DNA of 62,029 nucleotides, filler included, from Chiloscyllium plagiosum (lineage: Eukaryota), in NCBI RefSeq assembly GCF_004010195.1. It is 5 parts of one record of this genome, joined end to end, with 100 filler letters (N's around TTAATTAATTAA, not from the genome) between each part and the next. Parts side by side here need not be neighbours in the genome. Positions count along the whole stretch, not along the records: positions 28,514 to 44,495 come from NC_057717.1; positions 44,596 to 55,273 come from NC_057717.1; 3 more parts are not named here. One strand, 5' to 3'. The notes under the pieces are model-generated. The model was not told the origin of the DNA and made no database searches. It was given only the letters and a program-made list of their open reading frames with translations. The position numbers were made by a program, and so were the translations under genes. Within the stretch, counting starts at the first letter, position 1. Each line of letters starts with the position of its first letter. Shown one piece after another: positions 39,228 through 49,870 of this stretch.

Positions 39228-41539
39228 TAGTCCGGATTTGTAGATCAATAACACTGCAGGGGTCTGCACACCTCCCCGTGCAGGACAGAATTCTAATCCC
39301 GATTTAGATATCAATACACTGTTGTGGTCTGCGTAGCTTCCGGTGCTGCAATAATATCTAGTCTGGTTTATACATCAATGCCAGCTATGGTCTGCGTAGC
39401 TCCTGGTGCTGAACTGATATCTAGTCCAGGTTTATAGATCAATACACTGCAAGGGTCAGCACAGCTCCCCGTGCTGGACAGATATCTAATCTTGGTTTAT
39501 AGATCAATGTACTGCCCGCGGGTTTAAATATCAATGCACTATTGCTGTCTGCATAGCTCAACGTGCTGGACAGATATCTAGACGGAGTTCATATATCAAT
39601 TCCCTGCTTGGTCTACACTGCTCCCTAAGCCGGACTGATCTCTAGTCCGGATTTATACATCAAGGCACTGCTGTCGTCAGCACACCACCCTGTGCTGGAC
39701 AGATATCTCGTTCGGGTTTATAGATCAATGCACTGCTGTTGGCTCAACAGCTCCCGGTGCTGGACTACTATCTGTTCCGGGTTTTTTTTTTTATCAATGC
39801 ACAACTGTGGTATGCACAGCTCACCATGTGGGACAGATATCAAGTCCGGGTTTATAGATCAATGCACTGCTGTTTTCTGCATAGCTTCCAGTGCTGTACA
39901 GATATCTAGTTTGCATTTATATATTAATGCACTGATGTGGTGCGCTCTGCTTCCCGTGCTGGGCAGATATGTAGACCGGGTTTATAGATCAATGCACTGA
40001 TGTGGTATGCACAGCTCCCCATGCTGGACAGATATCTCCTCCGGCTTTATAGATCAATGCACTGATGTGGTATGCACAGCTCCCCATGCTGGACAGATAT
40101 CTCCTCCGGTTTTATAGATCAATGCACTGATGTGGTATGCACAGATCCCCATGCTGGACAGATATCTCCTCCGGCTTTATAGATCAACGCACACCTGTGG
40201 TCTGCAGAGATCCTCGTACTGGACAGATGTCTAATCCAGGTTTATAGATCAATGCACTGCTGTTGTCTTCACAGCTCCTCGTGCTGGACAGATATCATCT
40301 CCGGGTTTCTAGATCAATACTCTGATATAATCTGTGCGGTGTTACAGTCTGGACAGAATGCCATATTATATTGACCAATGAAATGTATGAGTCTGCACTA
40401 TCTTCCACCCTGGACAGTTTGATGTGTGGTACTGAACAGTGCAATAGATTATTCTGCACACAGTGTTCCAATCTGGACAGGTTGCTACGTTTCACTGAGC
40501 AGTATACTAGGCTGGGCAACACAGTGTTCCATGGTGAACAGATATCTCCTCTGGATTTATGTTGTCTGGGCTGGTTCTGAAAGGTGGATTGAGAATGTGG
40601 TATATCGAACAATTTCAGCTGATCTGACAATGTTTCTATTTCCCATTCTTTTGATTGAGCCCTCCGTCTCTCACTCCATTAATGTGACAGTGTGCCCATG
40701 CACAGTACATCATGTTGGTGAATACCGACTGCCCTGGCTGCAGCCACAGCCTCTTCATTCAGAAGGAGGCAGCCATTCCATCATCCTCGGGTCTCCAGGT
40801 AGAAAGAAAGGGTGGCCTCCGAAGAAAAGGTCACCAATTGGTACACGGCTCAAATCATCCTCCCCTAACCTCTCCGCAACGCCAACCAATCACATCAAAA
40901 TATCACGTGTGTACGGAGAGCAATGGGCCCCTGGGAAAATCAGGGAGCCGACCATCAGGGAGATGGAGCAACACTTTCCGTGTCTGAACGAGTCAGTACT
41001 GAATGTTTCATTAAGTCTTGAAATCTCACTCCATTTATATAATGCACCGCCTTTTATTCCTCCTGAAAACAAAAATCACAGGTTCACAGTTACCCACGTT
41101 ATATTTGATCTATTAAGTTGTTGTCCAATGCTTATCCATTCACAGATTCTCTACCTCCTCTTGATAACTTCAGTTTCTCTCGATCTTAATGTCAGTTTAA
41201 AGTTAGTTGGAACATGTTTGTTCCATTTCTGGAAACTGTTGATTAAATTTGCAAATAGTTGAGGCCCCAGCACTGGTCGCTGTGTCACTGCAGTCGTTAA
41301 TATGTGTGAAACTGATAGAGACTGATTTCTCCCTAATTTATCCCTGCTCCTGGCTTAGTAAACCATCCTCCCAATATTCCTGTGTAGCAGCTTTGAAAGG
41401 TTGAATGTTCCATTCCATTTCCTGTGTAACAGGTATGAGAGATTAACAGATCTGTCCAGTTGCTGAGTAACAGCCTCCAATAGCTGAATGACCTAATTCT
41501 GTTCCTGTTTAAAACTCTTGATGGACTGAATAGCCTGCT

Positions 41540-42290
41540 TCATTATAGGTGCAGTTGTGAATAGTGCAGAACATTTTGGAACCATCAATGAACAGCACAC
41601 TTCTGATTTTATGATGGAGGGAAGGCCATTGATACGGCAGCTGCTGTTAGCCCACGGCGCCTCATGGATGCCCAGTTTCCATTTGCTCGGTCCTTTAGAA
41701 GTATGTCCTACTTCTCAGCAGGAAGTGTTACATAAAACAGGGGGCAATATCTTCAATATGAGGCTGAGACTTTCCCTCTGCCAGGACTGTGTGATGGCTG
41801 CTCCTACAGATACTGTTCCGGACAAATCCATCGGGGACAAGGAGTTTGGAGAGAATGTTTCCCTCTTGTTGGTTCCGCCATCACTTCCCCCAGTCTAGCT
41901 GATGTGTATTTGAGGTATCTCCCTGGTCAGTTAGTGGTGGGCCTGTGGTGACAGTCTTGGTGATGGACATTGAAGTACCACATCCAGAGGACGTTATGTG
42001 TCCTTGTCACCCTCAGTGCTTCCTCTGACTTGGTTTCAATACCGAGGGGAACAGAGATATCACCAAGGAATGGTGTTCGGGGTGTGGGTGGGGGGCAGGA
42101 GATGCCCATCCTCAGCTGATTTCCTTGAACATGTGTGATCTGTTACCATGAGATTGTTCGGGTTCTGGAATCAATGTTGTGGAATTGCAGAGTAAATCCT
42201 TCCCTGACTGTATCCCAGGGTGTCCCCACCACTGGTGGGTCTGTTCTGCCGGTGGGACGGTGATGTGGCTTCACGAAAACTTGCCCATCA
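41540..42290 (-). mobile_element. Decayed CR1-like LINE endonuclease region
   Basis: EEALRVTRTHNVLWMWYFNVHHQ (NVLWVGDFNVHHQ-like), TIPGY..HRQ.RPT.GG pattern. Confidence 0.6.
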
Positions 42291-42339
42291 GGCCAGATTT
42301 TATGTGTATGACGGTGACAGATTGTTTCCTGACCGGGAG

Positions 42340-42580
42340 TGTGATGCTGGAAAAGCAAAGCAGGTCAGGCAGCATCCGAGGAACGTTTCAGGCATAAGTC
42401 CTTCATCAGGAATGAGGCTTGTGGGGCGGGGTGCTCAGAGAAAAATGGGAGGGGGCGGAGACTGGGGCTGGTGGAAAGGTAGCTGAGAATGTGATTGGTA
42501 GATAGTAAGTGAAGGAGAGCTGATTTTTCAGAGAGGAGGGTCGAGTGGATAGGTGGGAAAGGTGATGGACAGGTCAAGCA
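42340..42580 (-). mobile_element. Penelope-like element 3' end with hammerhead relic (core 42382-42409)
   Basis: Minus strand cattc-CTGATGA-AGGACTTATGCCT-GAAAC-GTT-cctcggatgctgcctgacctgctttgcttttccagcatcacac. Confidence 0.8.
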
Positions 42581-42587
42581 GTTCCTC

Positions 42588-42922
42588 GGAACATTCTGTC
42601 CCCAACAATCTATAAGTGACATTCCCCGGAACATTCTGTCCCCAACATTCTATAACTGACATTCCCTGGAACATTCTGTTCCCAGCAATCTATAAGTGAC
42701 AATCCCCGGAACATTCTGTCCCCAACATTCTATAAGTGACATTCCCTGGAACATTCTGTCCCCAAAATTCTATAACTGACATTCCCTGGAACATTCTGTC
42801 CCCAACAATCTATAAGTGACATTCCCCGGAACATTCTGTCCCCAACATTCTATAACTGACATTTCCCGGAACATTCTGTCTCCCACATTCTATAACTACC
42901 ATTCCCCGGAACATTCTGTCCC
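42588..42922. repeat. 40-bp minisatellite, ~8.4 copies (GGAACATTCTGTCCCCAACATTCTATAACTGACATTCCCC)
   Basis: GGAACA starts at 42588, 42628, 42668 ... 42908, an exact period of 40. Confidence 0.97.
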
Positions 42923-43362
42923 TGACGTGCTTTGTGAACGGCCGGACGTCAGTGAATTGAACAAACGATAGGATCCCGAGGGAAGAGATCCCGTTACAGG
43001 GAGAAGGAGAGACTGTTGCGAAGTTCCCTCAAGGCAGTTAAACGGGTGAATATGTTTTCACTTTGTTTACGCTTCTTCACGACACAGGATCGACCACAAT
43101 TGAGACAAAAAGACAGAAATTTCCGAACTCCGTTTGTCTTCAGGAAACTGGGAGAGAATCCTTCAGGACAGCGACGCTTTCACCGTCCGTGTTGCGAGCT
43201 GGAAAGAAGTGACCTGTGTCTGCTCTCGAGTGATCAAGTGTGTGGAAATGCTCTAGAAACCATCCGTTCTTATGGATGTGCCTCTGTGCTTTCGGGGAGG
43301 GAGTGTTTCCTGTGTTTAATGGCACATTGTTGTCAGTAATTCTGACCTTCCCATTTGTTATT

Positions 43363-43673
43363 GGTGGCTCAGTGATTAGTACTGCTGTCTTACAGCACCA
43401 GGGTCCCAGGTTCGATTCCAGCCTCGGGTGACTGTCTGTGTGGAGTTTGCACATTCTCTCTGTGTTTGCGTGGGTTTCCTCCAGGTGCTCCGGTTTCCTC
43501 CCATAGTCCAAAAATGTGCAGGTCAGGTGAATTGGCCACGCTAAATTGCCCCACAGTGTTAGGTGCGTAAGTCAGAGGGAAATGGGCCTGGGTGGGTTAC
43601 TCTTCGGAGGGTCGGTGTGGACTTGTTGGGCCAAAGGGCCTGTTTCGACACTGTATGGAATCCAATCTAATCT
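43363..43673 (+). mobile_element. HE1-type SINE
   Basis: GGTGGCTCAGTGATTAG (A box), GGTTCGATTCC (B box), GTGTGGAGTTTGCACATTCTC core, aatctaatct tail. Confidence 0.92.
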
Positions 43674-43804
43674 TTAAAAAATCCAATTATTTTAATAAAT
43701 CCCTGAATACAGTGACACATTTTAAAATCTCACTGGGTCCCCAACCAAACTGGTCACTTTGTCTCCAGGCTGATGGATAATGTGTTTGTTTTCCTTCCTC
43801 ACAG

Positions 43805-44495
43805 TTAACCGTAGTGACCATCTACGTCCTGCTTTATAAAGATTGTGGATTGTCTCCATGTGTTAGTCGTTACCTGGGGGCCATGGCAGCGGCGGATCTC
43901 TTGGTCATTATCCTCGACGTGATACTGAGACATTCCCATTGTTTATTGGGAACAGTTTCATTTCCTGTACTACGTCCCCATGTGTAATATCCACGCCGTC
44001 CTACTTTATACAGCCACTGACTGTTCTGTCTGGTTTACCGTGACTTTCACCTTTGATCGGTTTGTGGCCATTTGTTGCCAGAAGCTTAAAAGTAAATATT
44101 GCAGTGAGAAATCGGTGGCTGTGGTTCTGGGAGCAGTGACTGTGCAGAACGGTTTAAAGAATATCTCCTGGTATTTTATGCTCACGGCTCGGTATTGGCT
44201 GCGGAACCTCCCCTGGTTTTGTGATGGAACAGAGGCTATTCTATCCTTCATTGTCTGGGTCACAATCGAGTTCCTCCATTACATTCTAACCCCATGTGTC
44301 CCATTTCTCCTGATTCTGCTGCTCAATGTTCTCACCGTCAGACACATTTTAGTGACCAGCAGAGCCCGCAGGAGACTCCGCACTCCCACCAATGGGGACG
44401 CTCAGGCTGACACTGAAATGAGAAACCGAAAAAAATCCATAATTTTACTGTTTGTGATCTCGGCCAATTTCATCATGTTATGGTCAACGTTAATG
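43805..44495 (+). pseudogene. GPR139/GPR142-like rhodopsin-class GPCR, main coding exon (TM1-TM6), frameshifted and cut by the scaffold end
   Basis: Acceptor ttccttcctcacag at 43804; VN/VVTIYVL..CGLSPCVSRYLGAMAAADLLVIILDVILR/IPIVYWEQFHFLYYVPMCNIHAVLLY..DCSVWFTVTFTFDRFVAICC..KYC..PCVPFLLILLLNVLTVRHIL..RKKSIILLFVISANF; frameshifts at ~43810 and ~43931; first coding exon not located. Confidence 0.88.
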
Positions 44496-44595
44496 NNNNN
44501 NNNNNNNNNNNNNNNNNNNNNNNNNNNNNNNNNNNNNNNTTAATTAATTAANNNNNNNNNNNNNNNNNNNNNNNNNNNNNNNNNNNNNNNNNNNN
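44496..44595. other. Artificial scaffold-joining spacer
   Basis: N44-TTAATTAATTAA (44540-44551)-N44. Confidence 0.95.
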
Positions 44596-44708
44596 GCATA
44601 CCAAACGACTTCTTCACGATCCTATCTACCTGCGACTCCACTTTCAAGGAGCTATGAACCTGCACTCCAAGGTCTCTTTGATCAGCAACACTCCCTGGAA
44701 CCTTACCA
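44596..44708 (-). mobile_element. CR1 fragment
   Basis: Nearly identical to 38645-38757. Confidence 0.85.
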
Positions 44709-46222
44709 GGTCCTGATCAGGTGTACCCCCGGACTCTGTGGGAAACTCAGGAAGTCATTGTTGGCCCCTTGCTGAAAGATTTGTATCCTCGATAGTCACA
44801 AGTGATTTGCCAGAAGACTGGAGGTTGGCTAACGTGGTGTTGCTATTTAAGCAAAATGTTAATGAATAGCCATTGAACTGCAGACCAGTTCGCCTGACGT
44901 CAGTGGTAGGTAAGTTGAAGGAGGGAATCATGAGGGACAGGATTTGCATGTGTTTAAAAAGGTAGTGTCTAATTAGGGACAGTCAGCATTGCTTTGTGCG
45001 TGGGAAATCATGTCTCAAGAAATTGATTGAGGTTTTTGAAGAAGTAACAAAAAGGGTTGATGAGGGCAGAGCAGTCAGTGTGAGGGATATGGACTTCAAT
45101 AAGGTGTTCGAAAAGGTTCCACATGGAAGATTGGTGAGAAAAGTTAAATCACATGTAATACAGGGAAAACCAGCTATTTGGATACAGAACTGGCTCGAAG
45201 GTAGAAGACAGACTATGGTGGTAGAGGGATGTTCTTCAACCTGGAGACCTGTGACCAGTGGAGTACCTCCAGGATCGGTGCTGGATCCACTATTTTCATC
45301 ATTTATATAAATGACTTGGATGTGAACATAGGAGGTATAGTTAGAAAGTTTGCAGGTGACACCGAAGTTGGAGGTCTAGAGTACGGCTAATAAGGTTACC
45401 TCAGATTACAATGAGATCTGGATCAGATGGTCCAATGGGCTGAGATAGGCAGATGGTAGATTAATTTAGATAAAAGTGAGGTGCTGCATTTTGGGAAAGC
45501 AAATCTTAACCGGACTTATGCAATTAATGGTATCGTCCTAGGGAGTGTTCTTGGACCAAGTGGCCTTGGAGTGCAGGTTCGTAGTTCTTTGAAAGTAGAA
45601 TCCCAGATAGATAGGATAGTGAAGAAGGTGTTTGATCTGCTTGCGTTTACGGATCAGAGCATTGAGTTGAGGGGTTGGGAGGTCACGTACTGGCTGTACA
45701 GGACATTGGATAAGCCACCTTTTGAATATTGCGGGCATTTCCTGTCTCCTTCCTATCCGAAGAATGTTGTAAAGGATGTTGCCAGGATTGGAGGATTTGA
45801 GCTACAGGGAGAGGTAGAAGGGCCTGGGGCTATTTGAGACTGAGATGTGACTCTATAGAGGTTTATACAAACATGAGAGGTATGGATAGGATTAACAGAC
45901 AAGGTGTTTTCCCTGAGGTAGTGGAGTCCAGAACAGGTCGGCCTTGGTTCAGGGTGAGAGGGGAAAGAAATAAAAAGAACCGAAGGGACAACCTTTTCAT
46001 GTAGAGAGTGGTGTGTGTATGGAATGAACTGCTCGAGGAAGTGGTGGAGGCTGGTACAATTACTGCATTTAAAAGGCATCTGTCTAGGTATACGAACAGG
46101 AAAAGTTGAAAGGGGATTTAGGCCAAGGGCTGGCAAATGAGATGAGATTGTGTTCGGATATGTGGGTGACGTGGATGAGTTGGAACGAAGTATCGGTTTC
46201 TGTGCTGTACATCTCTATGACT
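44709..46222 (+). mobile_element. 5'-truncated, decayed CR1 LINE (RT to 3' tail)
   Basis: GKSCLKKLIEVFEEVTK..DFNKVFEKVPH..SGVPPGSVLDP; tail gtacatctctatgact at ~46207-46222. Confidence 0.92.
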
Positions 46223-47194
46223 GTAAATGTTTTCCACTGTCCATTTCCAGCCAAACACTTCACTGTTTCCCCTGTTTACCTTGGTCAGTTATCCTCCCAA
46301 ACACATGTAAATGGCTTTGGTTGTGATTGTAAGGTGAGCTTTATGGTCACTTTTAAAATGCATCATCTCTTTGAATTCCACTATACTAAAATTTCCCAGA
46401 GGATATCTCAGTGTGACATCGCTCTTTCACTCAGCGTCATCACCCAACTGTCTTTCTGAGATAGTCACGTCCCTGGTCATTTGCGCAATGTGTTATTCAA
46501 AGAAACACTGACAAAAACATTCGAATAGGTGTTCTAAGAATATCATTTTTGACAGAGATTGAAGTCTCCCAAAATTATCGCAGTGCCTTAGCATTACACA
46601 GGAATTCATTGGCATGTGCAACAGTGTTGAGCAATGAAATGCTATTAGGCAGCCTAAAAAAATGTTCTTCTGCTTGTGGTTTTGACACGTGTTACCCAGA
46701 ATCTGCATTCAGGCTGATTCAGCTGCATAGCCTAAGGCCATATTATTCCTCTGTAATGCCTTTGTTACCCCTTTACTGTCAGGGTTACTCATCCTGCACT
46801 CCCATTCTGCCTGAGATCCCTCAAGGATGTGTACAAGTGAATATTTATGTTCCAACTTTTGTTTCTCCTGTAAGCAAGTCTTTCTGGTGATCAAATCTTA
46901 TTTATCTCTGTGTCTCAAGCCTATTATCCTATTACAGATACTTCGTCCATTTCCCAGAATTTCCTGTCACAGTCTAATTTACTGAGGTAGAGTTTTAGTT
47001 AAACTCTGTCCCTTCCCGTTCCTTTCTGCTAGTATTCAGTCACATCCTCATGCTGTTCTGATGCTTCACCTTTTCTCTTTGGATTTTGAACGTTCCTTTG
47101 AACTGAACCCTGTCCCTACATCCTTTCTGACAGTTTAAAGCCTTGTCCATAAACCTACCTACATGATTTGCCACGAATCTGCTCCTAGCAATGT

Positions 47195-47410
47195 TGCTTT
47201 AAATTGACTCGTGGGATGTTACTGTCGCTGGCTGGTTAGCATTTATTCCCACCTCCAGCTGCCCCTGAGCTGAGTCGCTTCCTGGATCATTTCAGAGGGC
47301 AGTTGAGAGTCAACCTCCTTGCTCTGCGTCTGGAATCACATGTAGGCCAGACCTGCTTTCGATAACAGATTTCTTTCCTTGAAGGATATTAAGCAGTTAG
47401 ATGGGTATAG
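47195..47410 (+). mobile_element. SINE fragment, probably Deu-domain (SacSINE1-like)
   Basis: gctggctgg..agcatttatt.cc, catttcagagggcagttgagagtcaac, ctggaatcacatgtaggccagacc; related pieces at ~28850-29000 and ~61490-61620. Confidence 0.55.
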
Positions 47411-48399
47411 CTGACACCGGCATTAAATTGTCGATTAACTGTCTGGTGAGACGAACACGAGTACATCGCCTCTACCACTCGTAGCTCATCCGTCACTGAG
47501 TAATGATTCCAGTGTACCAGGAATCAAAACCCGTTCATCATGACCATTGTGTGATCCTGAAATCTTCCAGCTCTCTGATGATATAACTCAGTATCTCTCC
47601 CTGTGATATCCCTCACTTTGTTGATCTAATTGTTGCCTCTGTCAGTGCCTCTCACTCTTGCAGCTGCTCCACATCCTGAGCCAACAGAATTATCGACTTC
47701 AGAGAGACGCAGCAGCCCAGGCCAGGGATGGAGACTGGGATTTTCCAGATCTCTGTGGGACACAGTGACATTCTCCATGCGTATCCCTCACTGCATCAAT
47801 CTAATTTCCCATTCTGCCTATTTCTTTCTCTCCTGTAGATACTCAGCAAGGTCCTGACTCAATAAACTTCCCAGCTGCTGCGTGTCTCGTCCATCACCTC
47901 ATTGAAGGCAATTGGTCAGCCGGAGGGCAGGGAGGTCTGGAGCCTTCAATAAATCCTAAAGAGAGTTAAGATCACTCACAGTGACAGAGCAGGGAACAGT
48001 TAAACGGCGAGAATCGTCAGCTCACAGGACATGCCATAGATACAGTGCTGAAGGGTAAACACAAGCATGAAGCTCCCAGGCTCAATCCACACCCTCAATG
48101 CCCACCCTCTTGTCAGATGATTACTTTCAGCTCTGCTGTACTGAGCCTTCCTGATACAGCATAGGGGGGTTCACAGTTATCCATCCAGGCCTGTGCTGTA
48201 TTAGTGAGCATCAATACAATAGCGGCAAAAACAGGCCTCCCGAGAGAGGGTGGTATTGAAGCCAGGGACCTTTCTGTTCTTTATTTCCTCTACAACACTC
48301 TGTTGTCATAGCATAGAGTCCTACACCAAGGAAACAGACCCATAGGTCCACCTCATCTGTGCCAGTGCCTTAAGTACTTCTAACTCTGAGTACAGTTCC

Positions 48400-49870
48400 A
48401 ATCTCTGTAACCTCCTCCCCTCCCTACAATCCCTCTACATATTTAAATCCTACTCCGATGCTGACTGCCTCCCTGTCACTATAAAATGCTCCAGACTGGA
48501 TGACCTGCCCTATCTCAGAAATCTCTTCCACCCGTCGTTACAATAATCCCTCTTTCTGTCATCTTTCACCATACCTACAGACCACCCTGTCACTGTAACA
48601 TCCTCCAGCCTCAGCCATCTGCATATCCTCCTCCACCCCCTAGAGCACATGATATCACTGTAACCTTCAATCCCTATGACATTCCTGCCTCTCATCCTAC
48701 ACCACCACAGGACCTCTAATCATTCACCATCCAGCAGACCTCCCACTTTATGTAAATTCCTCCAGTCCCTCAAGTTTTCCTACCTGTGTAACCTGCTCCT
48801 ATCTCAGCAGCCATCCTTGTGTACAATGACCTGAAGCCACTTTAACCCTCTCAATGTCTGCAATCTCCTCTATCGCTGTGACCTTCTCCCGTCACGACAA
48901 TGCTCCGTAACTCTACCCCCTTCAATCACTACTAGACTTCCTATCTCTGTAACTACATGATGTCACTACAATCATCCACGCACCTGAAACATTTTCTGTT
49001 TTGCTGAATCCAAGCCCAGTCCCTACAGCTGTCACTTTCTGTAACCTCCTTCAGTCTGAAGAACCATCCAGTGTCTCCACCCCTCTGTATTGCTAACTTC
49101 ATCTAATCTCTAAAACCATCCCCAAAAAACTCACTATCGCAGTAACCTCTTCCACTTCCTCCCTAACTCTGTAAAGCATGCATTCCCTACTGTTCATTCC
49201 TGATGAAGGGCTCCAGAGCGAAACGTTTATGTTCCTGATCCTCGTCTGCTGAAAAGGCACAATGGTCAGGCAACAACACACTTTCGACTCTGATCTCCAG
49301 CATCTGCAGAGCTCACTTTCCCCTGGTGGGGCTGAATGGCCCACAACTGCCGCTCTTTCCTGTGTTTCAGTGCAGCACGTCCTGGCTCTGTATCTCTGTC
49401 AGTCTCCATTATCTCCGCTATCTGTGTAAACTACACAATCGCCAATCACTGGAACTTTATCAGGTCCTGGAATACTCCCCATCTGACCAATCTCTTCCAG
49501 CCTTTCCAACCCTCCCAATCTGATTCCTCTTGCAACCCTATAACCTCGCCTATCTTTGTAAGTTCATTTAGCCGCTGGAACCCTCCCTATCCCTGGAACA
49601 CCATATACGATCGCATCCCTCCGCTTCTCCAATCACTATGGCGGCGCCTGGCTCTGTGATATTATCCCACACACGGACTCCACTTCCTACACTGAAACCT
49701 TCACGGTCTCTGTTACCTTCTGATGCAACCACAGACCTCCGTGTCGGTATTACCGTCTCAAGTTCATCAGTCCACCCTGGTTCTGCAATCTACACCAGCC
49801 TCTCACGCCCTCCTTACCACTGTCACCGTTTCCAGTCCCGACACCTCTGTAACTGCTCCAGCAGCTATAT
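48400..49870 (+). repeat. Degenerate pyrimidine-rich minisatellite (ctctgtaacctcctccagccctacaac-type)
   Basis: ctctgtaacctcct / ctacaa motifs recur every ~30-35 bp; split by a PLE tail at ~49190-49325. Confidence 0.7.
49190..49325 (+). mobile_element. Penelope-like element 3' tail with hammerhead relic (core 49200-49227)
   Basis: cattc-CTGATGA-AGG-GCT-CCAG-AGC-GAAAC-GTT ... ctctgatctccagcatctgcagagctcactttc. Confidence 0.75.

Larger units (their letters stand above)
31665..40330. repeat. 65-bp satellite array (~100 monomers), consensus GTGCTGGACAGATATCTAGTCCGGGTTTATAGATCAATGCACTGCTGTGGTCTGCACAGCTCCCC
   Basis: Period 65 read directly (TAGATC at 39985 and 40050); diverged head-to-tail monomers throughout; decayed edge to ~40600; interrupted by two SINEs and two CR1 pieces. 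Confidence 0.95.

Noticed and set aside
31665..40330. CRISPR array (regular palindromic repeats)
   Set aside because: Monomers are head-to-tail with no unique spacers, are diverged from one another, have no cas genes nearby, and contain vertebrate SINE/LINE insertions.
31665..40330. Ribozyme-containing satellite (newt satellite-2 or retrozyme type)
   Set aside because: The consensus monomer has no CTGANGA...GAAA core on either strand.
40426..41262. 278-aa ORF, or the missing first exon of the GPCR (…ggtctccag|gtagaa)
   Set aside because: It starts in decayed satellite, ends in a LINE remnant, and lacks the YYPxLxxxGxP TM1 motif expected of that exon.
44596..46222. Twin-priming 5' inversion of a CR1
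   Set aside because: The inverted piece corresponds to sequence already present in the forward copy (~45530-45640), so two separate copies are more likely.
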